NCBI GenBank assembly: GCA_018651085.1
Contig: JABIEQ010000014.1
Location: 97,807 to 161,806, forward strand
Source: Candidatus Magasanikiibacteriota bacterium
GTDB taxonomy: Bacteria; Patescibacteriota; Patescibacteriia; Magasanikbacterales; UBA922
Length of the DNA stretch: 64,000 nucleotides
Direction: 5' to 3'
In this document: positions 18,495-28,484 of the stretch, one piece after another
Numbering within the stretch: the first letter of the stretch is position 1
Layout of the letters: each line of letters opens with the position of its first letter
Made by a program: the position numbers and the translations under genes
Notes under the pieces: model-generated
What the model saw: the letters and a program-made list of their open reading frames with translations, nothing else
What the model was told of the DNA's origin: nothing
Databases searched by the model: none

Positions 18495-18556
18495 TCTATT
18501 TGCGAGAAACAAAAAACTCACGTATGATAAAAAAAATTATTCATAACTATATACCT

Positions 18557-19600
18557 ATGAAGAGATTTGCCTATATCACCTGCACCACACTCCTTATTGC
18601 TGGTGGACTCTTTGTCACACAGTATGCTCAAGCTGTCGGTGGTGGCGGTGGTGGAAGTGTACCATCATGTTCTGAAGACGTATGGCAATGTGGAAGTTTT
18701 GGTGCCTGTACTTCTGATAATGGTAAAAAAGAATTTCACCAACATAGGGAGTGCACCAAAACCTTTGAATGTGATAACGTAACAACACCATCACCAAATA
18801 CAGTAGAAAAATGTACTCCCCCAGCTCCAATAGAACCTGAACCAGTTGTAATAAATGAAAAACCACAACCTCTTCCTTCTGTGGTAGACACAGAAAAAAA
18901 GACAAGTGCCCCAGTAGAAGAAACTGCATCATGTACTCAAGATATCTGGAAATGTGACGTTTGGAATTCATGTGATAAAAATGGAGATCAGACAAGAACA
19001 TGTACCAAAATAACAGATTGTCCAGGTGTAGATACTGATGAACCTCCATTTACAAAACGATGTGAGCATCTACAATGTGGAGAAATTGAGAGCATGCGAG
19101 AAAGAGTACTTTGTCGACTCAAACTTACTCCAGCAGGACTTGAAAGAGAATATACCCATGAATATCTCCCAGAAGAATGTCGAGGAGAAGTAAAAGATAA
19201 ACAACAAAAGTGTATTGATAGATACAAATCATACAAACCTTGTTGGAAAGTACCAGTAGGGCAAGGAAGAATAGCGTGTGCAAGAACAGCACTTCAATTG
19301 TCAGGAGACATCCCTCAAGCAAAAAGAACGTGCGCAAACGACGAGACATGTATGAAAGATCTTCGTTGGAGAGTACATGCGCTTATCAAATTTCGTATGT
19401 ATGACCTCGAAGAGCGTGCAGAAGAACTCCAAGAAAAAGGAGCTGACGTAGAGGCTATTGCTGACTTTGTCACCTTAATTGGAGAAAACAAACAAGCATA
19501 CAATACAGCAACAACAAAAGAAGAAAGAAAAAATATCATCCTTAACGTACGAGAAGGATGGAAAACATTTGTTCTTCGTGTGAAAGATCAAATTAACTAA
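18557..19600 (+). CDS. Secreted Cys-rich protein with a duplicated CxxDxWxC..C module
   Basis: Signal peptide MKRFAYITCTTLLIAGGLFVTQYAQA, a Gly6 run, and two copies of about 35 aa (CSEDVWQCGSFGACTSD.. and CTQDIWKCDVWNSCDKNGD..). Start chosen at the internal Met. Confidence 0.55.
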   Translation: MKRFAYITCTTLLIAGGLFVTQYAQAVGGGGGGSVPSCSEDVWQCGSFGACTSDNGKKEFHQHRECTKTFECDNVTTPSPNTVEKCTPPAPIEPEPVVINEKPQPLPSVVDTEKKTSAPVEETASCTQDIWKCDVWNSCDKNGDQTRTCTKITDCPGVDTDEPPFTKRCEHLQCGEIESMRERVLCRLKLTPAGLEREYTHEYLPEECRGEVKDKQQKCIDRYKSYKPCWKVPVGQGRIACARTALQLSGDIPQAKRTCANDETCMKDLRWRVHALIKFRMYDLEERAEELQEKGADVEAIADFVTLIGENKQAYNTATTKEERKNIILNVREGWKTFVLRVKDQIN

Positions 19601-19607
19601 ATTTTTT

Positions 19608-19811
19608 ATGAAATATACATTACTTCTTCCTGCATTTCTCCTTCTATTACTACTCGGTGCAGGATGTGCACCAGAAACGAAAGACAATCTCCTTGAAGAA
19701 GAACAACAAAACGAAGAAAATCAAAAAGAAACTGAAGAACCAATTGAGGCAAACTTCGACACAAATGATTATCTCGACGATGCCTTAACTGACCTAGAAC
19801 TTCTCGAATAA
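19608..19811 (+). CDS. Small acidic putative lipoprotein (67 aa)
   Basis: Signal peptide ending LLLLLLGAGCAPE (lipobox-like), followed by an E/D-rich tail and a terminator. Confidence 0.45.
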   Translation: MKYTLLLPAFLLLLLLGAGCAPETKDNLLEEEQQNEENQKETEEPIEANFDTNDYLDDALTDLELLE

Positions 19812-19812
19812 C

Positions 19813-19846
19813 AAAAAAGCCCACAACATTGTGGGCTTTTTATTTT
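19813..19846. terminator. Rho-independent terminator, bidirectional
   Basis: GCCCACAA-ca-TTGTGGGC hairpin followed by TTTTTATTTT. Confidence 0.8.
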
Positions 19847-20598
19847 GAACGAAGAAATTTGAGCATACGCCTTGATTCTAAAAATTTCATAAGAATACCT
19901 GACGATAGATGTCCACCTGTATTATATGTTTTCAAAGTTGCCCCAATCATATTTGCAAAAGAAGCCACAGGGTCATACGAAACGACGGCATCGTCTTTTG
20001 CATGAATCATATGTATTTTTGATCCATCAAATTCTTCTATATGGTTCACAGGGTTATATATTTCTCCTCGAGATAAACGATCCCAGTTTTTATCACTAAA
20101 TCGATAGGCTTCTCCAAATGAATTTCGTACCATTAATTTCAACTCATCCATAGGCTCTTTTTCACTTGGGGCTGTCCAATCAACAACAGAAGACCTTGCA
20201 ATAACTTTAGTAACTCGAGAATCTAAAGAAGAAAAAAGAGCTGCAGGCCCACCAAAACTACCTCCAACAACGTAGAGTCGTTCGATATCAATAGAAAATA
20301 CATTTCCATGCCGTAAATCAGTCACAGATTTTTTTGTATATAGTTCAGAAATAATATCGAGGATATCAAGGTGCGGAGATTCTTTTAAAAACTCACCACC
20401 ACTCTCCCAGGCTCCTCGATAACGTGGATGAAATACCCACATATTACGTTTACTAATAAACGACATCAAGGCCTTTTTATGTGGCAAAGAAGGCATACCA
20501 TCACACAAAATAAGTACTTCTTTTGAAGACAAATCTTTTGGAGGAAGAAATTCAGACACAATATCACCACAAAAACGAGTACGAAGTGCATGTGCCAT
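19840..20598 (-). CDS. Alpha/beta-hydrolase fold protein
   Basis: Nucleophile elbow VVGGSFGG, a downstream Asp, and HAKDD. Confidence 0.65.
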   Translation of the reverse strand: MAHALRTRFCGDIVSEFLPPKDLSSKEVLILCDGMPSLPHKKALMSFISKRNMWVFHPRYRGAWESGGEFLKESPHLDILDIISELYTKKSVTDLRHGNVFSIDIERLYVVGGSFGGPAALFSSLDSRVTKVIARSSVVDWTAPSEKEPMDELKLMVRNSFGEAYRFSDKNWDRLSRGEIYNPVNHIEEFDGSKIHMIHAKDDAVVSYDPVASFANMIGATLKTYNTGGHLSSGILMKFLESRRMLKFLRSK

Positions 20599-20600
20599 AT

Positions 20601-21272
20601 TTATCGACGTTTCGTAAATAAGCGCGGATTCTTTTCCACAAATTGAGATATTGAATGATCAAACACAAAAAAACGAACACGTTTTTTCATCCATAGATAC
20701 CCTAACAATGAAATAGAAAAGGCTCCAATAGTATCAACAATCAGATCCCACATAGTGTCAGATAGACTCCCCTCTTGCATAGTAAGAGAAAAAAATGAAT
20801 CCATAGAAAACTCAAAAATCTCCCACACAGTTCCACACAATACTGAAAAAGAAAACGCAAACAATGCCACAAAAAAAGGTTTCACTTGTGCTCCACTCAT
20901 TTTTTTACGTGTATTTAAAATATAAACTAACAAAAAGCCAAATACTCCAAACCAGAAACCAGAGATACTATGTAAATAAAGATCCCACCAAGGAAACACC
21001 GTATAATAATTATGTACCTCACCTAAAAATAACGTACAAAAAATAAATACTACTAAAAAAAGATCAAACTCTAACGGAAAAAATAACTGATATCTATTCT
21101 TAACAAGTCGAGGTAAAAAAGTAAGAAATAAAATCAAACTAATAACGACAAGATCAATCCATTGTCCTTGAACTAATGCAAAAAAAGCACCAAAAACAAT
21201 AATGATTTTTAATGCATAATAAATAAACAATTCAATAGATTGTATCAATGTTCGTTGCATCATAAAATACAT
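20601..21272 (-). CDS. Integral membrane protein of unknown function
   Basis: A 223-aa multi-TM ORF, 2 nt downstream of the start of the hydrolase gene. Confidence 0.45.
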   Translation of the reverse strand: MYFMMQRTLIQSIELFIYYALKIIIVFGAFFALVQGQWIDLVVISLILFLTFLPRLVKNRYQLFFPLEFDLFLVVFIFCTLFLGEVHNYYTVFPWWDLYLHSISGFWFGVFGFLLVYILNTRKKMSGAQVKPFFVALFAFSFSVLCGTVWEIFEFSMDSFFSLTMQEGSLSDTMWDLIVDTIGAFSISLLGYLWMKKRVRFFVFDHSISQFVEKNPRLFTKRR

Positions 21273-21354
21273 CTATAGAATACAGGAAAAAGACATTACA
21301 TTCAATAAAAAATCCTGCCCCTTAAAAAAGGCAGGACATTTATCTACAAAAGTA

Positions 21355-22242
21355 TTAGAGAAGTTCAATCGAATCAATAGTAATTGGTTCAGTTGGATTA
21401 TCTCGTCCATCTTTTTCTACTCCTTCAATAGCTAAGACAATATCTAACCCATCAGTCACTTCTCCAAAGTTTGTATGTCTTCCATCTAACCAAGGTGTTT
21501 CTTCAGCAGTTACAATAAAAAATTGTGATCCATTAGTATTTGGCCCAGAGTTAGCCATAGCTAAACTTCCCTTTACCAATTTATGCGCATTAAATTCATC
21601 TGCAAAGGCATATCCAGGTCCACCAGTCCCATGAGTATGTCGAGATGATTGATCTTTACTGTTTGGATCTCCACCTTGAACCATAAAACTTTCAATCACA
21701 CGATGAAATGATGTCCCATTGTAAAACCCAGACTCAGCTAGCGTTAAAAAGTTCTCAACAGTCTTTGGAGAATCATCTCCGTAAAAAGAAACCGTAATGT
21801 TTCCTTTACTCGTTTTTAAAATAGCGCCAGTGTATTTTTCAAGTAAACTCATATCATTATTTATAATAGATGAATCATTAGTAATAACAGTATCAAGTGT
21901 ATCTTCAACTCCACAATCAGCAGCACAACTCGTCGGTGTTTCAGCACAAGGGCATCCTTCACCTTGGCAAACAATTTCAGCACAGATACCATCACCACAG
22001 GTATCTTCACAAATAGCAATATTCTCTTTTATCTCAGCAACAAAGGTATTCTTTCCATCAGAACACTGTTCTGGATAACTTTCCATAATCGCATATCCAG
22101 CATCAGAACATTCTTCAAAGGATGTAACAGTACTTAGACTCCTATCAAGTCCATTAGTAACAATACTCCCCACACACCCAGACCCCATAAAGATAAGACA
22201 AAAGGAAAACGAAAGTATAAAGGATATTTTCATATAATACAA
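21355..22242 (-). CDS. Cyclophilin-type peptidyl-prolyl cis-trans isomerase with an N-terminal Cys-rich lipoprotein-like domain
   Basis: C-terminal FHRVIESFMVQGGD...GSQFFI cyclophilin motifs, and an N-terminal signal with a CxxC-rich stretch. Confidence 0.85.
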   Translation of the reverse strand: MYYMKISFILSFSFCLIFMGSGCVGSIVTNGLDRSLSTVTSFEECSDAGYAIMESYPEQCSDGKNTFVAEIKENIAICEDTCGDGICAEIVCQGEGCPCAETPTSCAADCGVEDTLDTVITNDSSIINNDMSLLEKYTGAILKTSKGNITVSFYGDDSPKTVENFLTLAESGFYNGTSFHRVIESFMVQGGDPNSKDQSSRHTHGTGGPGYAFADEFNAHKLVKGSLAMANSGPNTNGSQFFIVTAEETPWLDGRHTNFGEVTDGLDIVLAIEGVEKDGRDNPTEPITIDSIELL

Positions 22243-22312
22243 TTATTACATATACGGCACCAGTATAACCAAAAAGGGGCTTTTTTTCAAGCCCCTCTTA
22301 ATAACAAAATAT

Positions 22313-24073
22313 TTACCCAATAAACCCACCCGCTTGAAGTTTCCAGAGGCGTTTATAGACCCCTGAACGCTTTTTTAAGAGCTTTTTATGCGATCCATCC
22401 TCAATGATAGCACCATGATCAAGAACGAGGATTCTATCCATTTTCATGATCGTTGACAACCTATGAGCAATGACAATAACTGTTTTATCTTTCATGAGAT
22501 AATCAAGTGCATCTTGAATAAAAGCTTCAGACTCAGAATCAAGACTTGATGTTGCTTCGTCAAGAACAAGAATAGGAGCATTTTTCAATATTGCTCGAGC
22601 GATGGCAACTCGTTGACGCTCTCCACCAGACAATTTCACTCCTCGCTCTCCAACAGACGTTTCATACTTTTCAGGAAGTTCATTTATAAACTCATGACAA
22701 TGTGCCAGCTTTGAAGCTTCAATAACTTCTTCCTTTGTCGCATCTGGTTTTCCATATCGAATATTTTCAAAAAGAGTCCGATGAAATAAAATAGAATCTT
22801 GTGGCACAAATCCAATTTGTGAACGCAAACTTTCTTGAGATACTTCGGTAATCTTTTGCCCATCAACATAAATCTTTCCACGACTAACATCAAATTGTCG
22901 CAAAAGCAATTTTACAATCGTAGATTTTCCGGCACCGGAAGGTCCAACAAGTGCAACCCGTTCTCCAGGGCGAAAAGTGATTGATAAATCTGCCACAATT
23001 TTTCTTGTTTTATGATAAGAAAAATATACTCGATCAAAAGAAATTTCACCACCACTTACAACAAGATCTTTTGCTTTACGACGATCTTTTATCTCGTGAG
23101 GAGTGTCAAAAATTTCTGTCATCTCTTGTGCATCAGCAACAGCCTCATAAAATCGCCTAATTGTTCGTCCAATACTCCAGAGTTTATGAAATATACGAAT
23201 CAGATATGCTTGGATAAGAACAAAATCTCCAATACTAATAGTTCCATCAGCCCATAATCCAATAGCCAGGTATACAACACCAATTTCAAGAAAAATCATG
23301 AGAAGCACTTGAATAGCTTCAAAAATCTCTCCTAAGTTCCAAGCAAATAAACGGATATCTCGTAACTCTGTCGATACATCAAAAAATCTTTTCTTTTCTT
23401 GTTCGTATTGCGCAAACAATTTAACATTTTCTTGATTGGTAATAGTATCAGCTAATACCCCTGTAGTTTTACTATTAAGTTCGCTTCGTTTAAAGTCGTA
23501 TTTAAGCTTAAACTGACTAAACCAATAATTAATAGAAAGTACCACAAAGACCCAAACCAAAATACCAAGGCTCAAACGAATATCACGAAAAGACAAAATA
23601 ATAATAATTGCCGTTACTTCGATGATAATACTTAATACATCAAACTTTAAAATATCATCAATCGTTGAAAAAGAATTAGAAAATCTATTCACCTTCTTTA
23701 CAAGAGATCCAACAAAATCATCATGAAAAAACCGAAAAGAATGTTTATGTAAATATGCAAATGACGTATTTGATAAATTTCGCTTCGTGGTTGTTTGAAA
23801 ATAACTATTTAAAAAACCAGCAGCTCGCCAACAAGCCCAAACACCAAGCCAAGCCAAAAAGATAAACCCTAAAATAGAGAAAAGTTCTGCCGTCACAGTG
23901 TCAGCAGGTTTTCCACTCGCAAGAATGTCAAAAAACTCTTTATATAAAAGAGGTGGAATAAGACCAATACAAGCAGCTGACACTAATGAAAGAATGGTTA
24001 ACAACCAAACCCATTTATGCTTTTTAATATGTTGCCAATATATTTGGTATGTCTTTTTTGTTAATCGATTCAT
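22313..24073 (-). CDS. ABC transporter, fused permease and ATPase (MsbA-like exporter)
   Basis: Six-TM N-terminal region, Walker A GPSGAGKST, the signature LSGGERQR and Walker B ILVLDEATS. Confidence 0.85.
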   Translation of the reverse strand: MNRLTKKTYQIYWQHIKKHKWVWLLTILSLVSAACIGLIPPLLYKEFFDILASGKPADTVTAELFSILGFIFLAWLGVWACWRAAGFLNSYFQTTTKRNLSNTSFAYLHKHSFRFFHDDFVGSLVKKVNRFSNSFSTIDDILKFDVLSIIIEVTAIIIILSFRDIRLSLGILVWVFVVLSINYWFSQFKLKYDFKRSELNSKTTGVLADTITNQENVKLFAQYEQEKKRFFDVSTELRDIRLFAWNLGEIFEAIQVLLMIFLEIGVVYLAIGLWADGTISIGDFVLIQAYLIRIFHKLWSIGRTIRRFYEAVADAQEMTEIFDTPHEIKDRRKAKDLVVSGGEISFDRVYFSYHKTRKIVADLSITFRPGERVALVGPSGAGKSTIVKLLLRQFDVSRGKIYVDGQKITEVSQESLRSQIGFVPQDSILFHRTLFENIRYGKPDATKEEVIEASKLAHCHEFINELPEKYETSVGERGVKLSGGERQRVAIARAILKNAPILVLDEATSSLDSESEAFIQDALDYLMKDKTVIVIAHRLSTIMKMDRILVLDHGAIIEDGSHKKLLKKRSGVYKRLWKLQAGGFIG

Positions 24074-24261
24074 AAAAAAATAAAAAGGCTATATGTAGAC
24101 AGCCTATAGGTATTATCTCACCTTTTAAGAAAGACTATTTCTTATAAAGATACTGTAAAGATAACCCGCCCACTCCAAAAGCCTCTAAGAGAACAAATAA
24201 TAGTGTATACACACTCGTTCATATATATAAGACGATAGAAACGCAAAAACGTTACATTTTG

Positions 24262-24290
24262 TTGACAATTAAGGCAAAAATAACTAATAT
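24262..24290 (+). promoter_or_regulatory. Sigma70-type promoter TTGACA-17nt-TAATAT driving member A
   Basis: TTGACAattaaggcaaaaataacTAATAT, then AAGGAG adjacent to the ATG at 24306. Confidence 0.6.
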
Positions 24291-24305
24291 CAGAATATAA
24301 GGAGT

Positions 24306-24797
24306 ATGCGATCTTCAACCCACAACCGAAGGTGTACCGTGAAGAGGTTCATGGATTACCACAAGTTCCCGGTGAGGCAAATCAGACAAGCTCGTCTGAG
24401 ATTCAACATCAAGAGACAGGGCGGTATCTGGTACCACGTCAGAGGATGGTACCCACGAAGAATGGTAGGAAAGGAAGAACAGCACCTCGAAGTGTTCTGT
24501 TCTCAACCATACATGATGTGGATGATCGAGAACAACTGCACGGACAAAACCTTGGCAAGCCAGTGGAGCGATGGCAAGGACTACTATGGAGAAATCTACC
24601 TGTACCAAGAAGGACAACAACAACTTAGTGTCTACATGGTCTGGGTGAATCCACAGTTTGGGCAAAAAGAGGAAAGACCTCTTCCCCCAAAAAAGGACTT
24701 GCAACTCATCGCAGCAAAGCGAGCAACAAGAGGTCCAGGAAGTGACATGTGGGAATACATCAACAACAACCACCCACGTGAAGAACTCGACGACTGA
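24306..24797 (+). CDS. GC-rich small-protein family, member A (163 aa, basic N-terminus)
   Basis: About 49% GC. It shares WY-x3-R-x-VG-x3-H and SVYMVWVNP...KEER with member B (WYKADRVGRNPH..., HVWMVLDKEDKER). Its own promoter is upstream and a terminator is downstream. The overlapping ORFs on the other frames and strand are GC artefacts. Confidence 0.7.
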   Translation: MRSSTHNRRCTVKRFMDYHKFPVRQIRQARLRFNIKRQGGIWYHVRGWYPRRMVGKEEQHLEVFCSQPYMMWMIENNCTDKTLASQWSDGKDYYGEIYLYQEGQQQLSVYMVWVNPQFGQKEERPLPPKKDLQLIAAKRATRGPGSDMWEYINNNHPREELDD

Positions 24798-24846
24798 GAA
24801 GATCGCGCCCCGAGGGACATTGTCCCCCGGGTTGCGAATAATATTA

Positions 24847-24873
24847 ATAAAACCGGCAAGTAGCCGGTTTTAT
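24847..24873. terminator. Rho-independent terminator
   Basis: AACCGGC-aagta-GCCGGTT hairpin followed by TTTAT, preceded by a GGGACAtTGTCCC palindrome. Confidence 0.75.
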
Positions 24874-24895
24874 CATGTATACAAACAATGTAGAT

Positions 24896-25021
24896 CTATG
24901 AACTCGCTTCACCACCTTCAGACTTATTCGCCTGACAACTTCCACCACAACAAGGTTTACACGCACCACAGTCACACATCATGTCAGCTTCTTTTTCAGT
25001 ATTACAGTTTGAACACATCAT
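24896..25021 (-). CDS. Small Cys-rich peptide, metallothionein-like (41 aa, 9 Cys); not in the ORF track
   Basis: My own translation gives MMCSNCNTEKEADMMCDCGACKPCCGGSCQANKSEGGEASS. It is convergent with member A. Confidence 0.4.
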   Translation of the reverse strand: MMCSNCNTEKEADMMCDCGACKPCCGGSCQANKSEGGEASS

Positions 25022-25098
25022 AAAGATATATGTTACTTAATATATTAAACTCCCTTTGTATGTATTATTATAAAGGGTTTTATCTAACACATCAAGAG

Positions 25099-25566
25099 TT
25101 AAGATAATGCCTTATTTTTAAGCATTTCTACAAAACTATCCACATCCTTTTTTTGATTTACTTGAAATACAAATGAAAATTTCCCTTTTGATGAGTCGAT
25201 CATAAGTGTTGGTTGTTTTCCTTCTTTAAAATCAACCTCAGTAATGTCAGAAAAAGACAATTGAGCATTCTTTTTATGAGCAGACAACATACCTTCTGGT
25301 CCTTTTTCCATTAAAGATTTTTCATTTCGAGCAAGTTCTTCTTGAAACTTTCTAATAATCGGTGTTGCAGCAGCTATTCCAACGGCGGCTCCGGCTCCCC
25401 CAACAACACCACCACCCGTAGTAGCACTATTAATATGACTAAAGGCTTCTGGTAATCCTCCAACATTCCCGGTATATATAATGGATAATCCAGTGTCAGA
25501 AAGCACGAGACTAAACACCTTTTTAAACCCAAACGACAGTTTCCTTACAACTTTATGAAGATACAT
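25099..25566 (-). CDS. Hypothetical protein with a Gly-rich segment and a PH/GRAM-like C-terminal region
   Basis: A 155-aa ORF with native AT-rich composition, embedded between GC-rich cassettes A and B. Confidence 0.5.
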   Translation of the reverse strand: MYLHKVVRKLSFGFKKVFSLVLSDTGLSIIYTGNVGGLPEAFSHINSATTGGGVVGGAGAAVGIAAATPIIRKFQEELARNEKSLMEKGPEGMLSAHKKNAQLSFSDITEVDFKEGKQPTLMIDSSKGKFSFVFQVNQKKDVDSFVEMLKNKALS

Positions 25567-25660
25567 ATATCGTATGCATAAAAATAACCTTTCTATAGTA
25601 ACATAAAAATATGATATGCATAAAAATAGCTTTACTTAGCCAAATAAATGCAATACACTA

Positions 25661-25689
25661 TTGACAAAGTCATTATTTTGTGCTATAGT
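25661..25689 (+). promoter_or_regulatory. Sigma70-type promoter TTGACA-17nt-TATAGT driving member B
   Basis: TTGACAaagtcattattttgtgcTATAGT. Confidence 0.65.
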
Positions 25690-25696
25690 GTGTTGT

Positions 25697-26017
25697 TACA
25701 ATGAATGATTCGACAGGACCAATGGGTGACGTACATTAATACGTACTCTATTGGTTCTGTTGAATCAAAGAAGACCGAGATTTCTACGATGCGAATAAAG
25801 CATACCAATCGTAGACCTTACTCGCTGTATTTCCATACCGTCACTCAAGACAGGAATGGATAAATACACCGGATGCAGGAAAAAATCTCACAACCAATCA
25901 AGAATATCCCCCCTTATGTATCTCGCTCGATACAAAAGGCATCCTAGAAGGCATGACAATCTAGGTATAAGTCGGATGCCCGTCTGGTAAACGGGACTAC
26001 CTCCCTCGGAGGTTATC
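25697..26017 (+). other. Structured 5' leader of about 320 nt (possible cis-regulatory RNA) upstream of member B
   Basis: About 45% GC, with several perfect hairpins (CTACGAT..ATCGTAG; CCCGT-ctggtaaa-ACGGG). GGAGG sits 7 nt before the ATG and no convincing ORF is present. Confidence 0.4.
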
Positions 26018-26374
26018 ATGAGCACGAAGGTTACAGGAGAAGAGCTCAAAGAGATGTTCGAAGGAATGAACCCTCCCGAAGGTTCACCAACATGGACAAA
26101 ATGGGACCTTTTCCTAGGCATCCTCGGAAAAGAGTACCAATGGTACAAAGCAGATCGAGTGGGAAGAAACCCCCACGATTTCTTAGTCTCGTGGATGAGC
26201 GTCGACGGAAATCTCATCGAAATCGAGTCCTCCGCCCCAGACTTCAGTTGGGAGCTCCAGGTCATGAGGAGCAACCAACCTCACGTGTGGATGGTCCTCG
26301 ACAAAGAAGACAAAGAACGTGAAGAAAGCGCGTTCAGCATCCTCGCCGAGATCATCAACGCTCGTCTCACATGA
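26018..26374 (+). CDS. GC-rich small-protein family, member B (118 aa, acidic)
   Basis: About 52% GC, with a GGAGG SD. It shares the core motifs with A, C and D. Confidence 0.7.
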   Translation: MSTKVTGEELKEMFEGMNPPEGSPTWTKWDLFLGILGKEYQWYKADRVGRNPHDFLVSWMSVDGNLIEIESSAPDFSWELQVMRSNQPHVWMVLDKEDKEREESAFSILAEIINARLT

Positions 26375-26560
26375 CCAACTGCTTAGCTCAAAGCATAAAT
26401 TGAGCGGGTAGACGTATAGCTGTATTGCTGACAATCCTTGTCAGTCCGATACAGATACGTTGCCGAGTACCCGTGAACATCCTTCACAAAAACTCGGTCC
26501 TTCCAAAATATCTTTCTCTCTATAAAAAAGAGGAAGCCATTTCAAAAGGCCTAGAAATAA

Positions 26561-26592
26561 AAAAGACATTGCTCACACAATGTCTTTTTTTA
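26561..26592. terminator. Rho-independent terminator, bidirectional (ends cassette B and atpC)
   Basis: AGACATTG-ctcaca-CAATGTCT hairpin flanked by an A-run and a T-run. Confidence 0.75.
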
Positions 26593-26606
26593 ATTTATAA
26601 AATAGA

Positions 26607-27020
26607 TTAAACATTCCGATACTTTCTCCCAACACTTGAACGTACAATTTCTTTTTCTATCTTTGCTTGAAGCCGTGCAAAATCGATATCAAGCATTTTT
26701 TCTTCTTTTGCAAATAATTCTTCTGCTCGTTTTTTCGCAAGTTCAGCGCGATCAACATCAATCTCATTTGATCGTTCAGCAGTATCAGCTAATACATAGA
26801 CAATACTATTTGGTCGAATTTCAACCACTCCGGTAGAAATAGCCAAATTCACCACATCATTACCTTTATGGATATTCAATTCTCCAGCACGAAGAGCAGA
26901 CACAACAGGAATATGCTCTGGGTATACGGTAATCGCACCAGCTTGAGTTGGAATTGTCACTTTATCAATTGAGTCTTTATATAAGACTCCTTGAGGGGTA
27001 ACAATCGTAAAAGTAATCAT
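26607..27020 (-). CDS. atpC: ATP synthase F1 epsilon subunit
   Basis: A 137-aa ORF, last gene of the atp operon, with a beta-sandwich followed by helical hairpin. Confidence 0.8.
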   Translation of the reverse strand: MITFTIVTPQGVLYKDSIDKVTIPTQAGAITVYPEHIPVVSALRAGELNIHKGNDVVNLAISTGVVEIRPNSIVYVLADTAERSNEIDVDRAELAKKRAEELFAKEEKMLDIDFARLQAKIEKEIVRSSVGRKYRNV

Positions 27021-27028
27021 ATAAATCT

Positions 27029-28426
<1,398 letters not shown>

Positions 28427-28484
28427 TTAACAATATAAGTGACAAACGTATGCTCCCACATAAGGAGCATTGGTTTACAACTTA

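Noticed and set aside
24315-25023. Four additional long ORFs from the track (24315-24773 -, 24332-24628 +, 24632-24859 -, 24658-25023 +) overlapping cassette A
   Set aside because: They lie in a GC-rich stretch where stop codons are rare in every frame. Only 24306-24797 (+) has an RBS, an upstream consensus promoter and a downstream terminator, and shows motif conservation with the other family members.
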